A DNA stretch of 64,000 nt from Desulfurococcales archaeon (GTDB taxonomy: Archaea; Thermoproteota; Thermoprotei_A; Sulfolobales; Ignisphaeraceae): the NCBI GenBank assembly GCA_028275745.1, contig JAPWUB010000001.1:38950-102949 (forward strand), written 5' to 3'. Of the stretch, positions 46,866 to 59,264 are shown one piece after another. Below the pieces are notes generated by a model, which searched no databases, was not told where the DNA came from, and saw nothing but the letters and a program-made list of their open reading frames with translations. Each line of letters begins with the position of its first letter. Position 1 is the first letter of the stretch. The position numbers and the translations under genes are program-made.

Positions 46866-47891
46866 TTAGATAAAAGTGACATTAACTTTATTGTTGATTT
46901 TCTGAAGCTCTATGATTATTGGTGAGATCCATGTTCTTCTACTGCTTACTGAGCCAAGTTCAGCAACAATATTATGTGTTGTAATTATGGTTACGGTCCT
47001 CAATGTTTTGGCTAGTGGTGCGAGAAGTTTTGTTAATTGAATTATCTTTTCTTCTGGAGCTTCAAACAACCAAACATAAGTATAGTTGTCTTTGCGAAGG
47101 AATTGAATTAATGAGCTCCAATATTCTATATATAGTTTGCTTGTGTGCCTATGAAGATCATTTAAAGTCTTTTTAACAAATTCAACTTCGTCATTGAATG
47201 TGTACTTGGAACTCGCCTTTGGATTGATGCATAGAAGTGGATTGCAATAATAGTTAGGATTTTCATGACTTTTTACAGGACTTACTATATACATATCTGT
47301 AGGCAATTCTTTATGCTCTTCAAGCACCAATACTGGATATTCAAGAAATTGAAGCAATTCAATATCTTTGCATTTAGCAATATTCATTAGTGCATCGTAT
47401 CTAGATGAAATTATTATTGGTATGAAATCAAGTAGAATATGCCACATAGTTTCGTAATCGTAATACACGTAGTACTCTAATTCGAAAATGCTGTTATAGG
47501 ATTCCAAGGAGTACTTAAGCTCCTTAAGCATTACAACTATGTCTGATTTTACATCATTAAGTAGCTCATTAATTCTGTCAGGAGCTTTAGCTCTTTTTCT
47601 CTTTACTAGAATAAAGATCGAATTGGTGATGACAGAAGCATTAAGAAGTTGAGCAATGTAATGAACGGGGCCAAGTGGTGGTGTAATTAAGCAGAGATCG
47701 TGATTTAATGTGTTAAGGATTGAAATGTACTTTCTTAAGATCTTTGCAAGTTTCTTAAGATCTTCAAGATTCCTTACTATGAACATCTTGAAAGTGCTAA
47801 AGATGTTATTTGCTATTTTACCTTTTTGTATTGTGTTCACTAAAGCGATATTAGAGCTTGTAAGCAACATCCTTATGATATGGTGCGTCAA
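46866..47891 (-). CDS. hypothetical protein
   Basis: 341-aa open frame, co-oriented with upstream lipid genes; no motif recognised. Confidence 0.6.
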   Translation of the reverse strand: MTHHIIRMLLTSSNIALVNTIQKGKIANNIFSTFKMFIVRNLEDLKKLAKILRKYISILNTLNHDLCLITPPLGPVHYIAQLLNASVITNSIFILVKRKRAKAPDRINELLNDVKSDIVVMLKELKYSLESYNSIFELEYYVYYDYETMWHILLDFIPIIISSRYDALMNIAKCKDIELLQFLEYPVLVLEEHKELPTDMYIVSPVKSHENPNYYCNPLLCINPKASSKYTFNDEVEFVKKTLNDLHRHTSKLYIEYWSSLIQFLRKDNYTYVWLFEAPEEKIIQLTKLLAPLAKTLRTVTIITTHNIVAELGSVSSRRTWISPIIIELQKINNKVNVTFI

Positions 47892-47990
47892 TAGCCCCCT
47901 ATTTGAAACACCCTGTTATAAGGTGTAACTATAAGCGTCTTAATCAGGTTATTAATGTCAAGAGTATGCTGTTCAGCAAGTCTTCTCCTA

Positions 47991-48827
47991 CTATATTCCG
48001 TGGAAAGCGAAAGCAAGAAGCCCTGCAAACACAGCTATTTTCAATTCGCGTGTCGCTCTCAGGGTTTTTTCAGGCATTAGATTTCGTGATATTATGAGAG
48101 AATGTACAACTACAGCATCAACTACGAGTGCCAATATTGTGTAAACTAAACCGTAGCCATATAGAATTACAGGTAACAAGCTGAGGGATATAAGGGAAGC
48201 AAAAACAATTAATGATGCTATATAAGCAATGCGAGGTCCATAAACAGTTGCTAAGGTTGCAACACCAAACTTTTTATCACCTTCAACATCTTCAATGCCT
48301 TTCAAAAACTCGCGCCCTAAATTAAATAGGAATGCGTAGATTGATGCAATAATGCTATGTATCGTAATCTGGCATGCCGTTGCACCGAATAATATTGCTA
48401 ATGCTGTAAGGAATGCTATTATCATGTTATTCAGGATCAGCACTCTCTTCAGTTTGTATGAATAAAGGAATGCAAGTGCGGATGCTAAAACGGCTATAAA
48501 TCCTTGCCCTAGGCCCACTGTAAATGCAAGTGTTGTTCCCACTATAAAGAAAGCTATTGAGGTGTAGAAAGCTTCATTAGGTTTTATTAAGCCGGAAGGT
48601 ATGGGACGCCAAGGCTTGTTAACGGCATCGATATCGCGATCATAGTAATCATTTATTATGTTACCTCCACCACCAATGAAAAAAGCTATAGCAAAAAGCT
48701 TAGTCATATCGGAAATTCTATGGCCTCCCCCTAAAATGTAGCCAATTACCGCAGCAATCCCCAAAGCTATTGAATTCCCTATTCTAATTATATTAAGCCA
48801 GGCAAGTATTTTTGACTTTGAAAACAT
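47991..48827 (-). CDS. digeranylgeranylglyceryl phosphate synthase (UbiA family)
   Basis: NIINDYYDRDIDAVNKPWRPIPSG, REFLKGIEDVEGD; adjacent to GGR. Confidence 0.9.
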   Translation of the reverse strand: MFSKSKILAWLNIIRIGNSIALGIAAVIGYILGGGHRISDMTKLFAIAFFIGGGGNIINDYYDRDIDAVNKPWRPIPSGLIKPNEAFYTSIAFFIVGTTLAFTVGLGQGFIAVLASALAFLYSYKLKRVLILNNMIIAFLTALAILFGATACQITIHSIIASIYAFLFNLGREFLKGIEDVEGDKKFGVATLATVYGPRIAYIASLIVFASLISLSLLPVILYGYGLVYTILALVVDAVVVHSLIISRNLMPEKTLRATRELKIAVFAGLLAFAFHGI

Positions 48828-48839
48828 TGTAATGATTCC

Positions 48840-50204
48840 TCATCGCATCTCGGTGTTGAGCCATTCAATGTACCCATTAAAGAATGAACGCTCTAATTCA
48901 CGCCAACGTAAGTACTCTGCCGGTGTTTGTGGGAAGTTTAGGTAGAGGTCTCTAGCTCTATCCATGTATTGTTTAAGTCTATAGAGCTTCATTAGGAATC
49001 TCGGTCTCGAGATCGATGATGCAAATGATTTGATGCGTTCGATTATTGATGTGCTCAGCAAACCTTTGGAACCCATGTCATACACCTCTTTTCCACTTAC
49101 CAGCCCAGATCGAAACACAAAGTTTAATTCCTCATTTGTCATTCTCTGTAAGAACATTCTGAGAACATCTAACGATGCTTGCTTAGCGCCATACGCTTTA
49201 TGGTATTTTATGTGATAAGGCCAAAGGTTCTCTAGATTTGCATCACCTTTTTCAAGTGCTTCAACTATCACTTCACTTGCAATCTTTGCACTAAGCATGG
49301 CAGACCCTATACCACCTCCATGTACTGGATTGGCTGTGGCTGCCGCATCGCCTACAGCTATGAATCCATTCCAAACCATGCATGGTATAGGTCTTCTCGT
49401 AGGTACCAAGCCTCCACCACGGTGAAGTATGCGTGTAATTCTATTCTTTAATCTCTCTAGAATATATCTTCTGTAGTTTTCTATAGGATTGGGGTTTCCA
49501 TCTTTCCACTGAACACCGAGACCTATATTATAAACTCCTTTCCCTTTCGGAAATATCCACCAATATCCACCAGGAGCTATTTCAACATTTAGGTACACAT
49601 ATGCAAATCTTTGGTCAATATCTATATCTCCTTCTACAACCTCCCTGTAGGTTACATTATAATCTTCTTTAGGTACGGGCTCTGAAACCCACCATTCTGA
49701 TGGAAGGCTTCTTCTTACAACAGCAGGAGCTCCAGAAGCGTCCATGACAACCTTTCCGTACAAAACTTTTCTAAACCCATTTTTGTCTCTAACCTCAACA
49801 CCTACAACTCTAGACCCACTTATAACAGGCTTAATAAATGAGTGCTCAAGAAACATCTCTACACCTGCATTAACAGCCATTCTGTACAATCTAACGCCAA
49901 AGTTTCTCCTATTCAGGGAGTAACCCTTACCCCAAACATTGATTATATGCTTCTCATCAGGCGAAACTACGGCAACACCTTCATACTCATGATCTTTATC
50001 GAATCCATCAATAGGGGGCTCTAACCCAATCTCATTAAAGTGGTGAGCACCAATTGCATCAGCGCAAACTTTTTCGCCTATCGTATTTTCATTTTTCATC
50101 TCTATTAAGGCAACTTTTAATCCATTCTTAGCTAAAAGATGTGAAGCAAAGAGACCTGCTACTCCTCCACCAATAATGACAACATCGTAGCTCAATTTCA
50201 GCAC
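48840..50204 (-). CDS. digeranylgeranylglycerophospholipid (geranylgeranyl) reductase
   Basis: GGGVAG FAD motif, KVCADAI, APGGYWWIFPKG, VPTRRP, GDAAATANPVHGGG. Confidence 0.93.
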   Translation of the reverse strand: MLKLSYDVVIIGGGVAGLFASHLLAKNGLKVALIEMKNENTIGEKVCADAIGAHHFNEIGLEPPIDGFDKDHEYEGVAVVSPDEKHIINVWGKGYSLNRRNFGVRLYRMAVNAGVEMFLEHSFIKPVISGSRVVGVEVRDKNGFRKVLYGKVVMDASGAPAVVRRSLPSEWWVSEPVPKEDYNVTYREVVEGDIDIDQRFAYVYLNVEIAPGGYWWIFPKGKGVYNIGLGVQWKDGNPNPIENYRRYILERLKNRITRILHRGGGLVPTRRPIPCMVWNGFIAVGDAAATANPVHGGGIGSAMLSAKIASEVIVEALEKGDANLENLWPYHIKYHKAYGAKQASLDVLRMFLQRMTNEELNFVFRSGLVSGKEVYDMGSKGLLSTSIIERIKSFASSISRPRFLMKLYRLKQYMDRARDLYLNFPQTPAEYLRWRELERSFFNGYIEWLNTEMR

Positions 50205-50288
50205 CTAAACATGTAATAGGCCTTAATTTAAGACTCAAGTAATAAGGGTAATATAAAGCTTCGCTTCAAGATCTAATGAAAGCGATAA

Positions 50289-51389
50289 TTAAAGTTTTCT
50301 TAGCGAACATATGAAGTATCCCTCCATCGAATGTTTGTGTGGCCACACTCTAATGCAGTTCTTTGTGCTAGGTTCAAACTCTAATCTATGGAAGCTTTGT
50401 ATACCGTTAGACCAGTAATTAAACAATGGAGGTTCGACTTTGATATAATCAATTAATTGAAGAACTTTTGTGATAACATACTCGTTTTCCTCTGGTGCAA
50501 TGCTACATGTTGTGTATACTATTCTGCCCCCTTCTTTAGCCAACTCAATACCTGCAAGAAGAAGCTTTATTTCTCGTTCAACAAGGTAGGCCAGGTCTTT
50601 AATGCTCGTTTTAGTCTTCCTACTAGGATCAAACATTATACCCCCTTCAGCACTGCAAGGCGCATCAACTAATACATAGTCAAACTTAGTTTTCAGTTTT
50701 TTAGGCAGTTCAATGCCGTCCTCATTAAGAACAACGTAAGAATGTAAGCCCATCCTTATGAAATGCGAAAGTAGGGAAACAACACGCCTTGTAGATATGT
50801 CGTTTGCTACTAGCAATCCTTGATCACTCATTAATAGTAACATGTGTACGGATTTCCCTCCTGGGGCTGCACATAAGTCTAGAGCTATGGAGCCCAGTTG
50901 CGGATTTAATATGAGAGGGGGTATAAGAGACGATGCATCTCTATAAACATAATAATATCCTTTAAGGTATTCATGGGTCGAACCTATTGTGGGGGCTTGA
51001 GGAGCAGAGGAAACCATAAAGCAGTGGGGACACCAAGTAATATCCTCAATAGTGAAACCCAAATCTGCAAGCCTTTGCTTTAGATATCTGCACTCAATTC
51101 GAATGTAATTGCAGAGTATTGCAGGTCTTTTTTTAAACTCTTCAAATGATTTTAGAAGCTCTAGAGTTTCATCATAACCTAAGATATGTAAGTATCTCTC
51201 AATAATATATGGTCTATAACCATATCTCTTTGCCAGTGTAAATGCATCTGGAGATGAGGGCTCTATATAGATATCCTTTAGTATTTCATTGACTGAAATT
51301 GATGAAAGCAGTTTGTCGAATTGCGTATCAGATGCGGGTTCATAGCTCATCGCTTTTGCTCGCACCTTGTAAGCTTCATCATGTAGCAC
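50289..51389 (-). CDS. RsmB/NOP2-family RNA m5C methyltransferase
   Basis: LDLCAAPGGKS, VLVDAPCSAEG, VYTTCSIAPEENE, WPHKH..EGYF. Confidence 0.95.
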   Translation of the reverse strand: MLHDEAYKVRAKAMSYEPASDTQFDKLLSSISVNEILKDIYIEPSSPDAFTLAKRYGYRPYIIERYLHILGYDETLELLKSFEEFKKRPAILCNYIRIECRYLKQRLADLGFTIEDITWCPHCFMVSSAPQAPTIGSTHEYLKGYYYVYRDASSLIPPLILNPQLGSIALDLCAAPGGKSVHMLLLMSDQGLLVANDISTRRVVSLLSHFIRMGLHSYVVLNEDGIELPKKLKTKFDYVLVDAPCSAEGGIMFDPSRKTKTSIKDLAYLVEREIKLLLAGIELAKEGGRIVYTTCSIAPEENEYVITKVLQLIDYIKVEPPLFNYWSNGIQSFHRLEFEPSTKNCIRVWPHKHSMEGYFICSLRKL

Positions 51390-51444
51390 TAATTAGTAAC
51401 ATTCTGCTAAAGTCTTTATCTGTTTTATTTCATATCAATCAACT

Positions 51445-53097
<1,653 letters not shown>

Positions 53098-53319
53098 TTA
53101 TGTGTAAAGGAAAGAGACTGGGCTGAAACTTTTTCTTTGCACTAGACGCAAAAGAAATTACCCCGCTTCCTGTGAGTATTTTGTTTACATTCAATTCTGT
53201 TGCATATAAGACTATAAGATGCTAAGTCCATACATTAGTCATGAATTACTGTGGTATTGGTCTAGTCATACCCCTGTATATCCGGTTCCTACTTATAAGA
53301 TTGTAACTTTCGCATATTA

Positions 53320-53613
53320 TTGCTGGTGAATGTAAAGGTGTACACAAATACATTAGTATTGATAATAATGCTGATTGTGGGAGCATTTATAATCTCAAGG
53401 ATTAATTACATGTATTTTGAGAAGAGAAAGACTAAAGCAAGGCATGGTGAAGCAATTGAGGAAAGCACTTTTAAATCTGCTAAAGGATATGCTTACAGTC
53501 TTGATCTTGGCAGCTCTATAGTTCTTATAGCAGTAATAGAGAAGAATGAAAAAGTATCAGAGCTTAAAAATCCTTTGTATGATTTAGAGAAAGTGATTGT
53601 AAGGGTTGTTTGA
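53320..53613 (+). CDS. hypothetical protein with N-terminal TM helix
   Basis: 97-aa ORF with hydrophobic N-terminal segment; start uncertain. Confidence 0.5.
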   Translation: MLVNVKVYTNTLVLIIMLIVGAFIISRINYMYFEKRKTKARHGEAIEESTFKSAKGYAYSLDLGSSIVLIAVIEKNEKVSELKNPLYDLEKVIVRVV

Positions 53614-53659
53614 TATCTAAAAGCTTATTGAAATGATGAGTTAACCTCTTTATAGCCAT

Positions 53660-53911
53660 TCATGTTTTTCGTGTGTAGATCTCTTCTCCGCACTTTACAA
53701 TCTTAATGACGCGATGTATTGGAATGGCAGTAACATTTTCACCGCTCTTTATATAGACATAGTTGTTATCTACATGCGATATATTAGTAAATGGGATTTC
53801 TTTGTATCCCATTGGGTCAACTCTATCTGTTATAATCAGCTGGTACTTTTCGAGCTCTTCTCTTTCTTTAGTAGTCCACAATATCTTATTTATTGCATCT
53901 TTTATTCTCAT
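53660..53911 (-). CDS. DUF504/UPF0248 (MJ1316-like RNA-repair-associated) protein
   Basis: IKDAINKILW, ITDR, IPIHRVIKI. Confidence 0.85.
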   Translation of the reverse strand: MRIKDAINKILWTTKEREELEKYQLIITDRVDPMGYKEIPFTNISHVDNNYVYIKSGENVTAIPIHRVIKIVKCGEEIYTRKT

Positions 53912-54071
53912 TATGAACCCATCTCACTATATTATGTCAACCCTTCTCCTAAATTTTAATCTAAGGATTGCGTAGTAAAGTTAAAATTCTTATGCGAGCT
54001 AAGGTATGTAATACTCGCTTTCTATAGTTACACCATAAGGTAATTTAAACCTCTCTTTTGATCCAAATTTA

Positions 54072-56060
54072 ATGAGGTATGGATACAATATGTCCAAATA
54101 TAAGGTCTTAAGAATAAATGTTGTAGAGAAAAAATGGACTTTAGCTGAATATGATCTTGGAGATGTACTAGGACCAATAGATGTTGGCATAAGAATTCAT
54201 AAAGAATTGGAGAGTTGGAGAAAAGATGTATTTGATCCATCAAATGCTGTAATACTAGGAACAGGCGTGTTTGCAGGTAGCAAACTCTTTGGTTCACATA
54301 GAATTGTCACGGTTTTCAGAAGCCCAATAAGTGGTGGTATACATGTATCTGAAATGGGCGGAGCGGCATACAGATTCCTTGGTAGTGGTGTTAATGCCGT
54401 ATCAGTAGAAGGTCGGAGTAGTGATCCAGCGCTTGTATTCATTAGGGGCGATGAAAATGGATTAAAAGAAGTAAGCATTGAGACGCTAAGCACAGAAAAA
54501 CTTAATGAAATATACAAAGGCTATGGAGGCTACATAGGTGCTTACGCTTTAGAGAAGTACATAATAGATACATACTGGGACTTTATTTCATCATCAAAAG
54601 CAAGACCAATAGTTGTAGGGCCAGCTGCGTATAAGACTGTGTTTGGAGCTCTCGTATCCATAGATGTTGATTTTGTGAGGAAAACTCTTGCTATAGGTTC
54701 AGAAGACTTTGCTGCTAGAGGTGGACCAGGAAGTGTTTTAGCACAAGCACACAATGTTGCAGCAATTATTGTTGGAGGAAATTATAAACCAAGATTGCCG
54801 AAAGTACTTGAGGAAAGCGCAGAACTCACGAATTATCTAAGGAACGTCCTAGGCAAAGACTATGTGTCGTCTGTTAATGAAGCCACAGTTAAGTATCGCT
54901 ATGATGCTAGTATTGGTGCTGGAGGAACATTTGGTGTAAACTATCCGCACTACAGAGACCTGCTTCCAATGTTTAACTATAACACTATCTACCTGCATAA
55001 GACTGTACGTGAAAAAATAGTAAATGCGGTTTTAACACATCTATGGAAACCTGTAAAAGAAGAGACATTTGATAAAGCAAAGACTTGGGCCACGTGTGGA
55101 GAACCATGTCCAGCTGCATGTAAAAAGGTTTGGAGGGGTAAGAAGCTAGACTATGAACCGTCAAATGCTTTAGGGCCATTCATAGGGGTCTTTAAGATAG
55201 AGCTAGTAACAAAACTTATCGATCTGGTTGATCAGTTAGGATTTGATGCTATAGAGATAGGACATGTGATTGCATGGTTGTTTGAAGCAACGTATCGGGG
55301 GCTCCTTAAGCCAGAGGAGTTAGGGATCAGTAGCAAGCCTATCTTTGATCCCATGCTTCTCAACATCGATGAACTATCTGTGAATGCTAAGCTTGCCGAA
55401 GAATTGCTAATAAACCTAGTTGAGGGCAGGACAGAGATTCTGAGAATTGTTGCTCAAGGTATTAGGAGAGCTGCTAAGGAGTTAGATAAACTATTTGAGG
55501 AAAGGGTTAAAAAGCTTGGTACAAGATTTGAGGATATAGTAGTCTATCAGCCATACGGCAATTACTGGTATATGACTCCAAACCTCTATTGGACACCAGG
55601 ATTCCTCATATCATTACCTGTTACAGGCAAGTACTGGACCAACTACACCACAACATTTACTGAGCCCGAAGACTTTGGAAAGACTGCGGCTATTCGTATT
55701 ATCAAAGAGGTAGAGGTTTCAAATGCAGGTTTCTGCAGATTCCATAGGGGCTGGGCTGAAAAGGCTTTGCCAAAGCTCTATGAAGCACTAGGTCTAAAGG
55801 TCAATCTTGACGAATATGCAAAGAAGTTGTATAAGGAAATTACAGAGTACAATATTAAGGCTGGAGCCCTACCTAGACTAATTGAGGGCGAAAGATCAAA
55901 GGACGTGATAGCAACGTTAGCCAACGAATTTATGTCTGATCAGTGGATCAAAAAGTTTACTGCTAATAAAGATGCAGCAGTACGTGAATGGGTTGAAAGA
56001 GCACTAAAGGTTGTTGTGGAACAGCTCGGATTGCCAGAGGAGCTTTACAAACAAATTTAA
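54072..56060 (+). CDS. gor: glyceraldehyde-3-phosphate:ferredoxin oxidoreductase (tungsten AOR family)
   Basis: GSHRIVTVFRSP, SEMGGA, FAARGGPGSVLAQAH, GGTFGVNY, TCGEPCPAACKK, GFCRFHRGWAE. Confidence 0.9.
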   Translation: MRYGYNMSKYKVLRINVVEKKWTLAEYDLGDVLGPIDVGIRIHKELESWRKDVFDPSNAVILGTGVFAGSKLFGSHRIVTVFRSPISGGIHVSEMGGAAYRFLGSGVNAVSVEGRSSDPALVFIRGDENGLKEVSIETLSTEKLNEIYKGYGGYIGAYALEKYIIDTYWDFISSSKARPIVVGPAAYKTVFGALVSIDVDFVRKTLAIGSEDFAARGGPGSVLAQAHNVAAIIVGGNYKPRLPKVLEESAELTNYLRNVLGKDYVSSVNEATVKYRYDASIGAGGTFGVNYPHYRDLLPMFNYNTIYLHKTVREKIVNAVLTHLWKPVKEETFDKAKTWATCGEPCPAACKKVWRGKKLDYEPSNALGPFIGVFKIELVTKLIDLVDQLGFDAIEIGHVIAWLFEATYRGLLKPEELGISSKPIFDPMLLNIDELSVNAKLAEELLINLVEGRTEILRIVAQGIRRAAKELDKLFEERVKKLGTRFEDIVVYQPYGNYWYMTPNLYWTPGFLISLPVTGKYWTNYTTTFTEPEDFGKTAAIRIIKEVEVSNAGFCRFHRGWAEKALPKLYEALGLKVNLDEYAKKLYKEITEYNIKAGALPRLIEGERSKDVIATLANEFMSDQWIKKFTANKDAAVREWVERALKVVVEQLGLPEELYKQI

Positions 56061-56225
56061 CCCTAGCTTAAAGTAAAGCATTTTTCAGATTAAAGTTAAG
56101 TCATATTTACTATCTTTACTGCTTCTTCAAAACATCAATTTGTTTAACTTTGCTTTCAACTAAAAACGAAGCAAAAAATATAACTTGTCTCAGAGAAGAT
56201 AAAGGAAAATATGAAGAAATAGATA

Positions 56226-56651
56226 ATGGGGATTCTAATGGGTGGAGAAGCACAAAAAGAAACAAAGTTACGTAGAGGAATATGGATTGAAGGAGATACA
56301 ATGTACGTTGTTGGCGAAGAGTTTATAGAAAAAGTTGCTGGTGCACTAGCATCTATAACAAGACTTAGGATTATTGGGCTTACATACAAAGGAGATATGG
56401 GTATAGAAGACCTAGCACAACAATTAAACCTTAGCAAAGCCAATATAAGCACGCATGTAAAGCGCTTGGAGGACGCAAGCCTTGTAAGAGCGATGTACGT
56501 TCCTGGTCAAAGGGGTGTAAAGAAAATAGCAAAACCTACAGCAAAACAGGTGGTGATAGTACTGTCAGCACTTGCCGATGAGGTAGAGGAAAGAATGAAA
56601 GAATCTGTTGTTCCACCAGAGGAAGAGGAGGAGAGTGAAATTACCTCTTGA
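56226..56651 (+). CDS. ArsR-family winged-helix transcriptional regulator
   Basis: ALASITRLRII, LAQQLNLSKANISTHVKRLEDASLV, PGQRGVKK. Confidence 0.88.
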   Translation: MGILMGGEAQKETKLRRGIWIEGDTMYVVGEEFIEKVAGALASITRLRIIGLTYKGDMGIEDLAQQLNLSKANISTHVKRLEDASLVRAMYVPGQRGVKKIAKPTAKQVVIVLSALADEVEERMKESVVPPEEEEESEITS

Positions 56652-56767
56652 TTAAATTAAATATACTATAGCTAAAGTTAATGATGCTGCAATATCTAAT
56701 TCAATTCAAAATAAATTAATGTAGCATCATTATTAAGTACTAATGGTGATATTATACTGAAAGGAGG

Positions 56768-56953
56768 CTATTCTTGGCACGGATATGTTGGTGGTAGCAA
56801 CGCTCTGAACTTGAGCCCTGTTTTTGGACTTGTAAAAAGCCCTATCTTTATTTCCTTTCCTCTATTTCTAATTACAAATACTTTTTCGGGTGTAGCCACA
56901 ATTTCTAAATGAGTTGTTGGATCCTTTACTTTAACAGATGTGGAGCAGGGCAT
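56768..56953 (-). CDS. creN7: chromatin protein Cren7 (divergent)
   Basis: VKVKDP..E...PEKVF....IKIGLF.SPKTG.KFR..LP..YP pattern of Cren7. Confidence 0.85.
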   Translation of the reverse strand: MPCSTSVKVKDPTTHLEIVATPEKVFVIRNRGKEIKIGLFTSPKTGLKFRALLPPTYPCQE

Positions 56954-57150
56954 TTTACTACCACCTTTTATATCTTTACCACCTTAAATTTACCCCATCA
57001 AATATGCATATTCTATAATAATTTGTCGGCTTTAATAATTTATATAATCGTGAAATATCTTCGTTTTTACGTGTTTTAGTAGAAGCTATGGATAAGGTTC
57101 CTTGTAGGTTTATAAGACTAGGTTAAGGCTGAAGTTAGTGTGATGAGAAA

Positions 57151-57732
57151 ATGAGTCTGATAAGAGCTTTTATAGCCATTGAGATTGAAGACGCAGAAAC
57201 TCTTAGAAGAATTATCGAGTTTAAGCATGGACTTGAAAGCTTAGGGCTTGATGCAAAGTTTGTAGAAGATGAAAACATTCATATTACAATAAGGTTCCTG
57301 GGGGAAATCTCTTCAACCACTATAGCACAGATTAAGGAGATACTAAACAATGTTGCGAACAATGTAAAGGCTTTTAAGTTAAAAGTAGGAGGATTTGGTG
57401 CTTTTCCAGATATATTAAGACCTAGAGTTTTGTGGGTTGGTATAATAGAGGGGTACGAAAGACTTGCAGAAATAAGAAAATTTATTGATTCTGAGATTAG
57501 AAGGAGAGGGTTGAGAGAAGTTCAAGAGGACCAGCACGAATTTTCTCCACATATAACCATTGCTAGGTTGAGGAGCCAGAGAAATGTTGATAAACTAAGA
57601 AAATACTTTGAAGAGTTTAAAACTTATGATTTTGGCTTTACTCCTGTGACGCAGATCAAGCTTAAGAAAAGTACACTTACGCCTAAAGGACCTATATACA
57701 CTGATATATATTCTGTACCTTTACATCAATAA
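57151..57732 (+). CDS. thpR: RNA 2',3'-cyclic phosphodiesterase / 2'-5' RNA ligase
   Basis: RAFIAI, two HxT motifs (HITIRFLGE, FSPHITIAR), STLTPKGPIY. Confidence 0.95.
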   Translation: MSLIRAFIAIEIEDAETLRRIIEFKHGLESLGLDAKFVEDENIHITIRFLGEISSTTIAQIKEILNNVANNVKAFKLKVGGFGAFPDILRPRVLWVGIIEGYERLAEIRKFIDSEIRRRGLREVQEDQHEFSPHITIARLRSQRNVDKLRKYFEEFKTYDFGFTPVTQIKLKKSTLTPKGPIYTDIYSVPLHQ

Positions 57733-57800
57733 AACTATACTGCTCTAAACTATAGTAGCAAGGTATACTATAGGAGGTAAGAATCTTAATGTGAGTAGCG

Positions 57801-59264
57801 ATGCAGAAAGACCTCATCTTTAATGCAAGTCCTAATGAAATTAATAAAGTTATCTCCTCCATTTTAGCTCGAATAAAGCCAGATCATGAGCTATATTTAA
57901 AGGTGCAATCAACTTTTGAGAAGGTTCAAAGCATTGTACAGAGCTGTCTTGAACGCCAAGGTTTTTCGAGCTTTGAAGTTTCATTACAAGGTTCCGTAGC
58001 CAAAGATACATTTATAAGATCTGATGTTGATCTAGATGTTTTCGTCCTCTTAGATCCTAGTAGCTTTACTTTGAATTGGATTGAGGAGGAATTCACTAAA
58101 ATAGTTTCATCGTGTTTGCAAGAAAATGGTTACCCGGTAATTCTAAAATATGCGACTCATCCATATGTAACTACAATTATTGATGGTATAGAAATAGACA
58201 TCGTACCTGCGTTTAAAGTAAAAGATGCTGGAAGCATAATTACAGCTGTGGACAGAACACCATTTCATACAAAGTACGTTAAGTCAAAGCTCAGCGATGA
58301 AAAGCAAAGGGATGAAGTTAGAGTTCTAAAGGCGTTCCTTAAGGCTTGGGATCTTTATGGAGCAGAAATTAAAACGCAAGGTTTCTCGGGATACTTAGCA
58401 GAACTCCTTATTATTAAGTATGGTTCCTTTGTTAATGTCCTTGAAGGATCTCTGTCATGGAGAGCTTACAAAACATGCATAGAGCTTGAAAAGTATTATG
58501 GAGATGAAAAAGAGTGTAGAAGGAAGTTTAAAGACGATGTACTTGTTGTTGTTGATCCTGTAGATCCAAATAGAAATGCGGCTGCAGCACTATCTCTTCG
58601 CTCATATGCAGCATTCAAGCTATTAGCAAGGTTATTTCTACTGAAGCCTTCTATTAAATTCTTTGAAAGCGATTTTATCTCTATTGGTGTGCGAGAGCTA
58701 GATATGATGTTTAATTTCCGACAACGTGAACTGGTAAGTAATTGCGTGATAATGCTGTTATTTAAGGTGAACAAGCCTATACCTGATGTTGTATGGGGTC
58801 AGTTAAAGAGAGTTCAAAATACTATCAAGAATGCTCTTGAAAAACAAGGTTTTAGAGGGGTGTATGCGGAATCGTGGATAAGCCCCAACTTCTCCAATGC
58901 AGTAACACTTGTTGATATATATGATTGCAGTGAATACGAATTCCATATAGGTCCACCAGCATACGATGAGAACGCTATTAACTTCTTAATAAAGAATGTC
59001 AATAATGCATTGGTAGGACCTTGGATAGATGAAAATGGGAGGCTTGTTTCTATCAGAAAAAGGAGATTCACGCCAGAGCACATAATTTTAAGTACCATTC
59101 AGTCATCTAATTATACAGCAATATCTCTTGAAAATGTAAATAGATTAACCGAGATAGAGAAAATGCCATTCCTTTCAGATGCTAGTTTTAGGTATTGGCT
59201 TAGAAAGTTTCTAAAAAGAGATGTATTCAATAGGATATTATCGTTATTAGTTACATCCTCCTAA
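57801..59264 (+). CDS. cca: class I CCA-adding enzyme
   Basis: QGSVAKDTF..DVDLDVF, YATHPY, DIVP, AVDRTPFH, GFSGYLAELL, DPVDPNRNAAAA. Confidence 0.96.
   Translation: MQKDLIFNASPNEINKVISSILARIKPDHELYLKVQSTFEKVQSIVQSCLERQGFSSFEVSLQGSVAKDTFIRSDVDLDVFVLLDPSSFTLNWIEEEFTKIVSSCLQENGYPVILKYATHPYVTTIIDGIEIDIVPAFKVKDAGSIITAVDRTPFHTKYVKSKLSDEKQRDEVRVLKAFLKAWDLYGAEIKTQGFSGYLAELLIIKYGSFVNVLEGSLSWRAYKTCIELEKYYGDEKECRRKFKDDVLVVVDPVDPNRNAAAALSLRSYAAFKLLARLFLLKPSIKFFESDFISIGVRELDMMFNFRQRELVSNCVIMLLFKVNKPIPDVVWGQLKRVQNTIKNALEKQGFRGVYAESWISPNFSNAVTLVDIYDCSEYEFHIGPPAYDENAINFLIKNVNNALVGPWIDENGRLVSIRKRRFTPEHIILSTIQSSNYTAISLENVNRLTEIEKMPFLSDASFRYWLRKFLKRDVFNRILSLLVTSS

Noticed and set aside
53633-53660. ATGATGA C-box-like motif between convergent genes
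   Set aside because: No D', C' or D boxes at the proper spacing
57129-57160. CTGA...GTGATGA...CTGA, resembling half of a C/D sRNA at the thpR start
   Set aside because: No upstream C box; GTGATG doubles as the ribosome-binding region and the supposed guide is the start of the CDS
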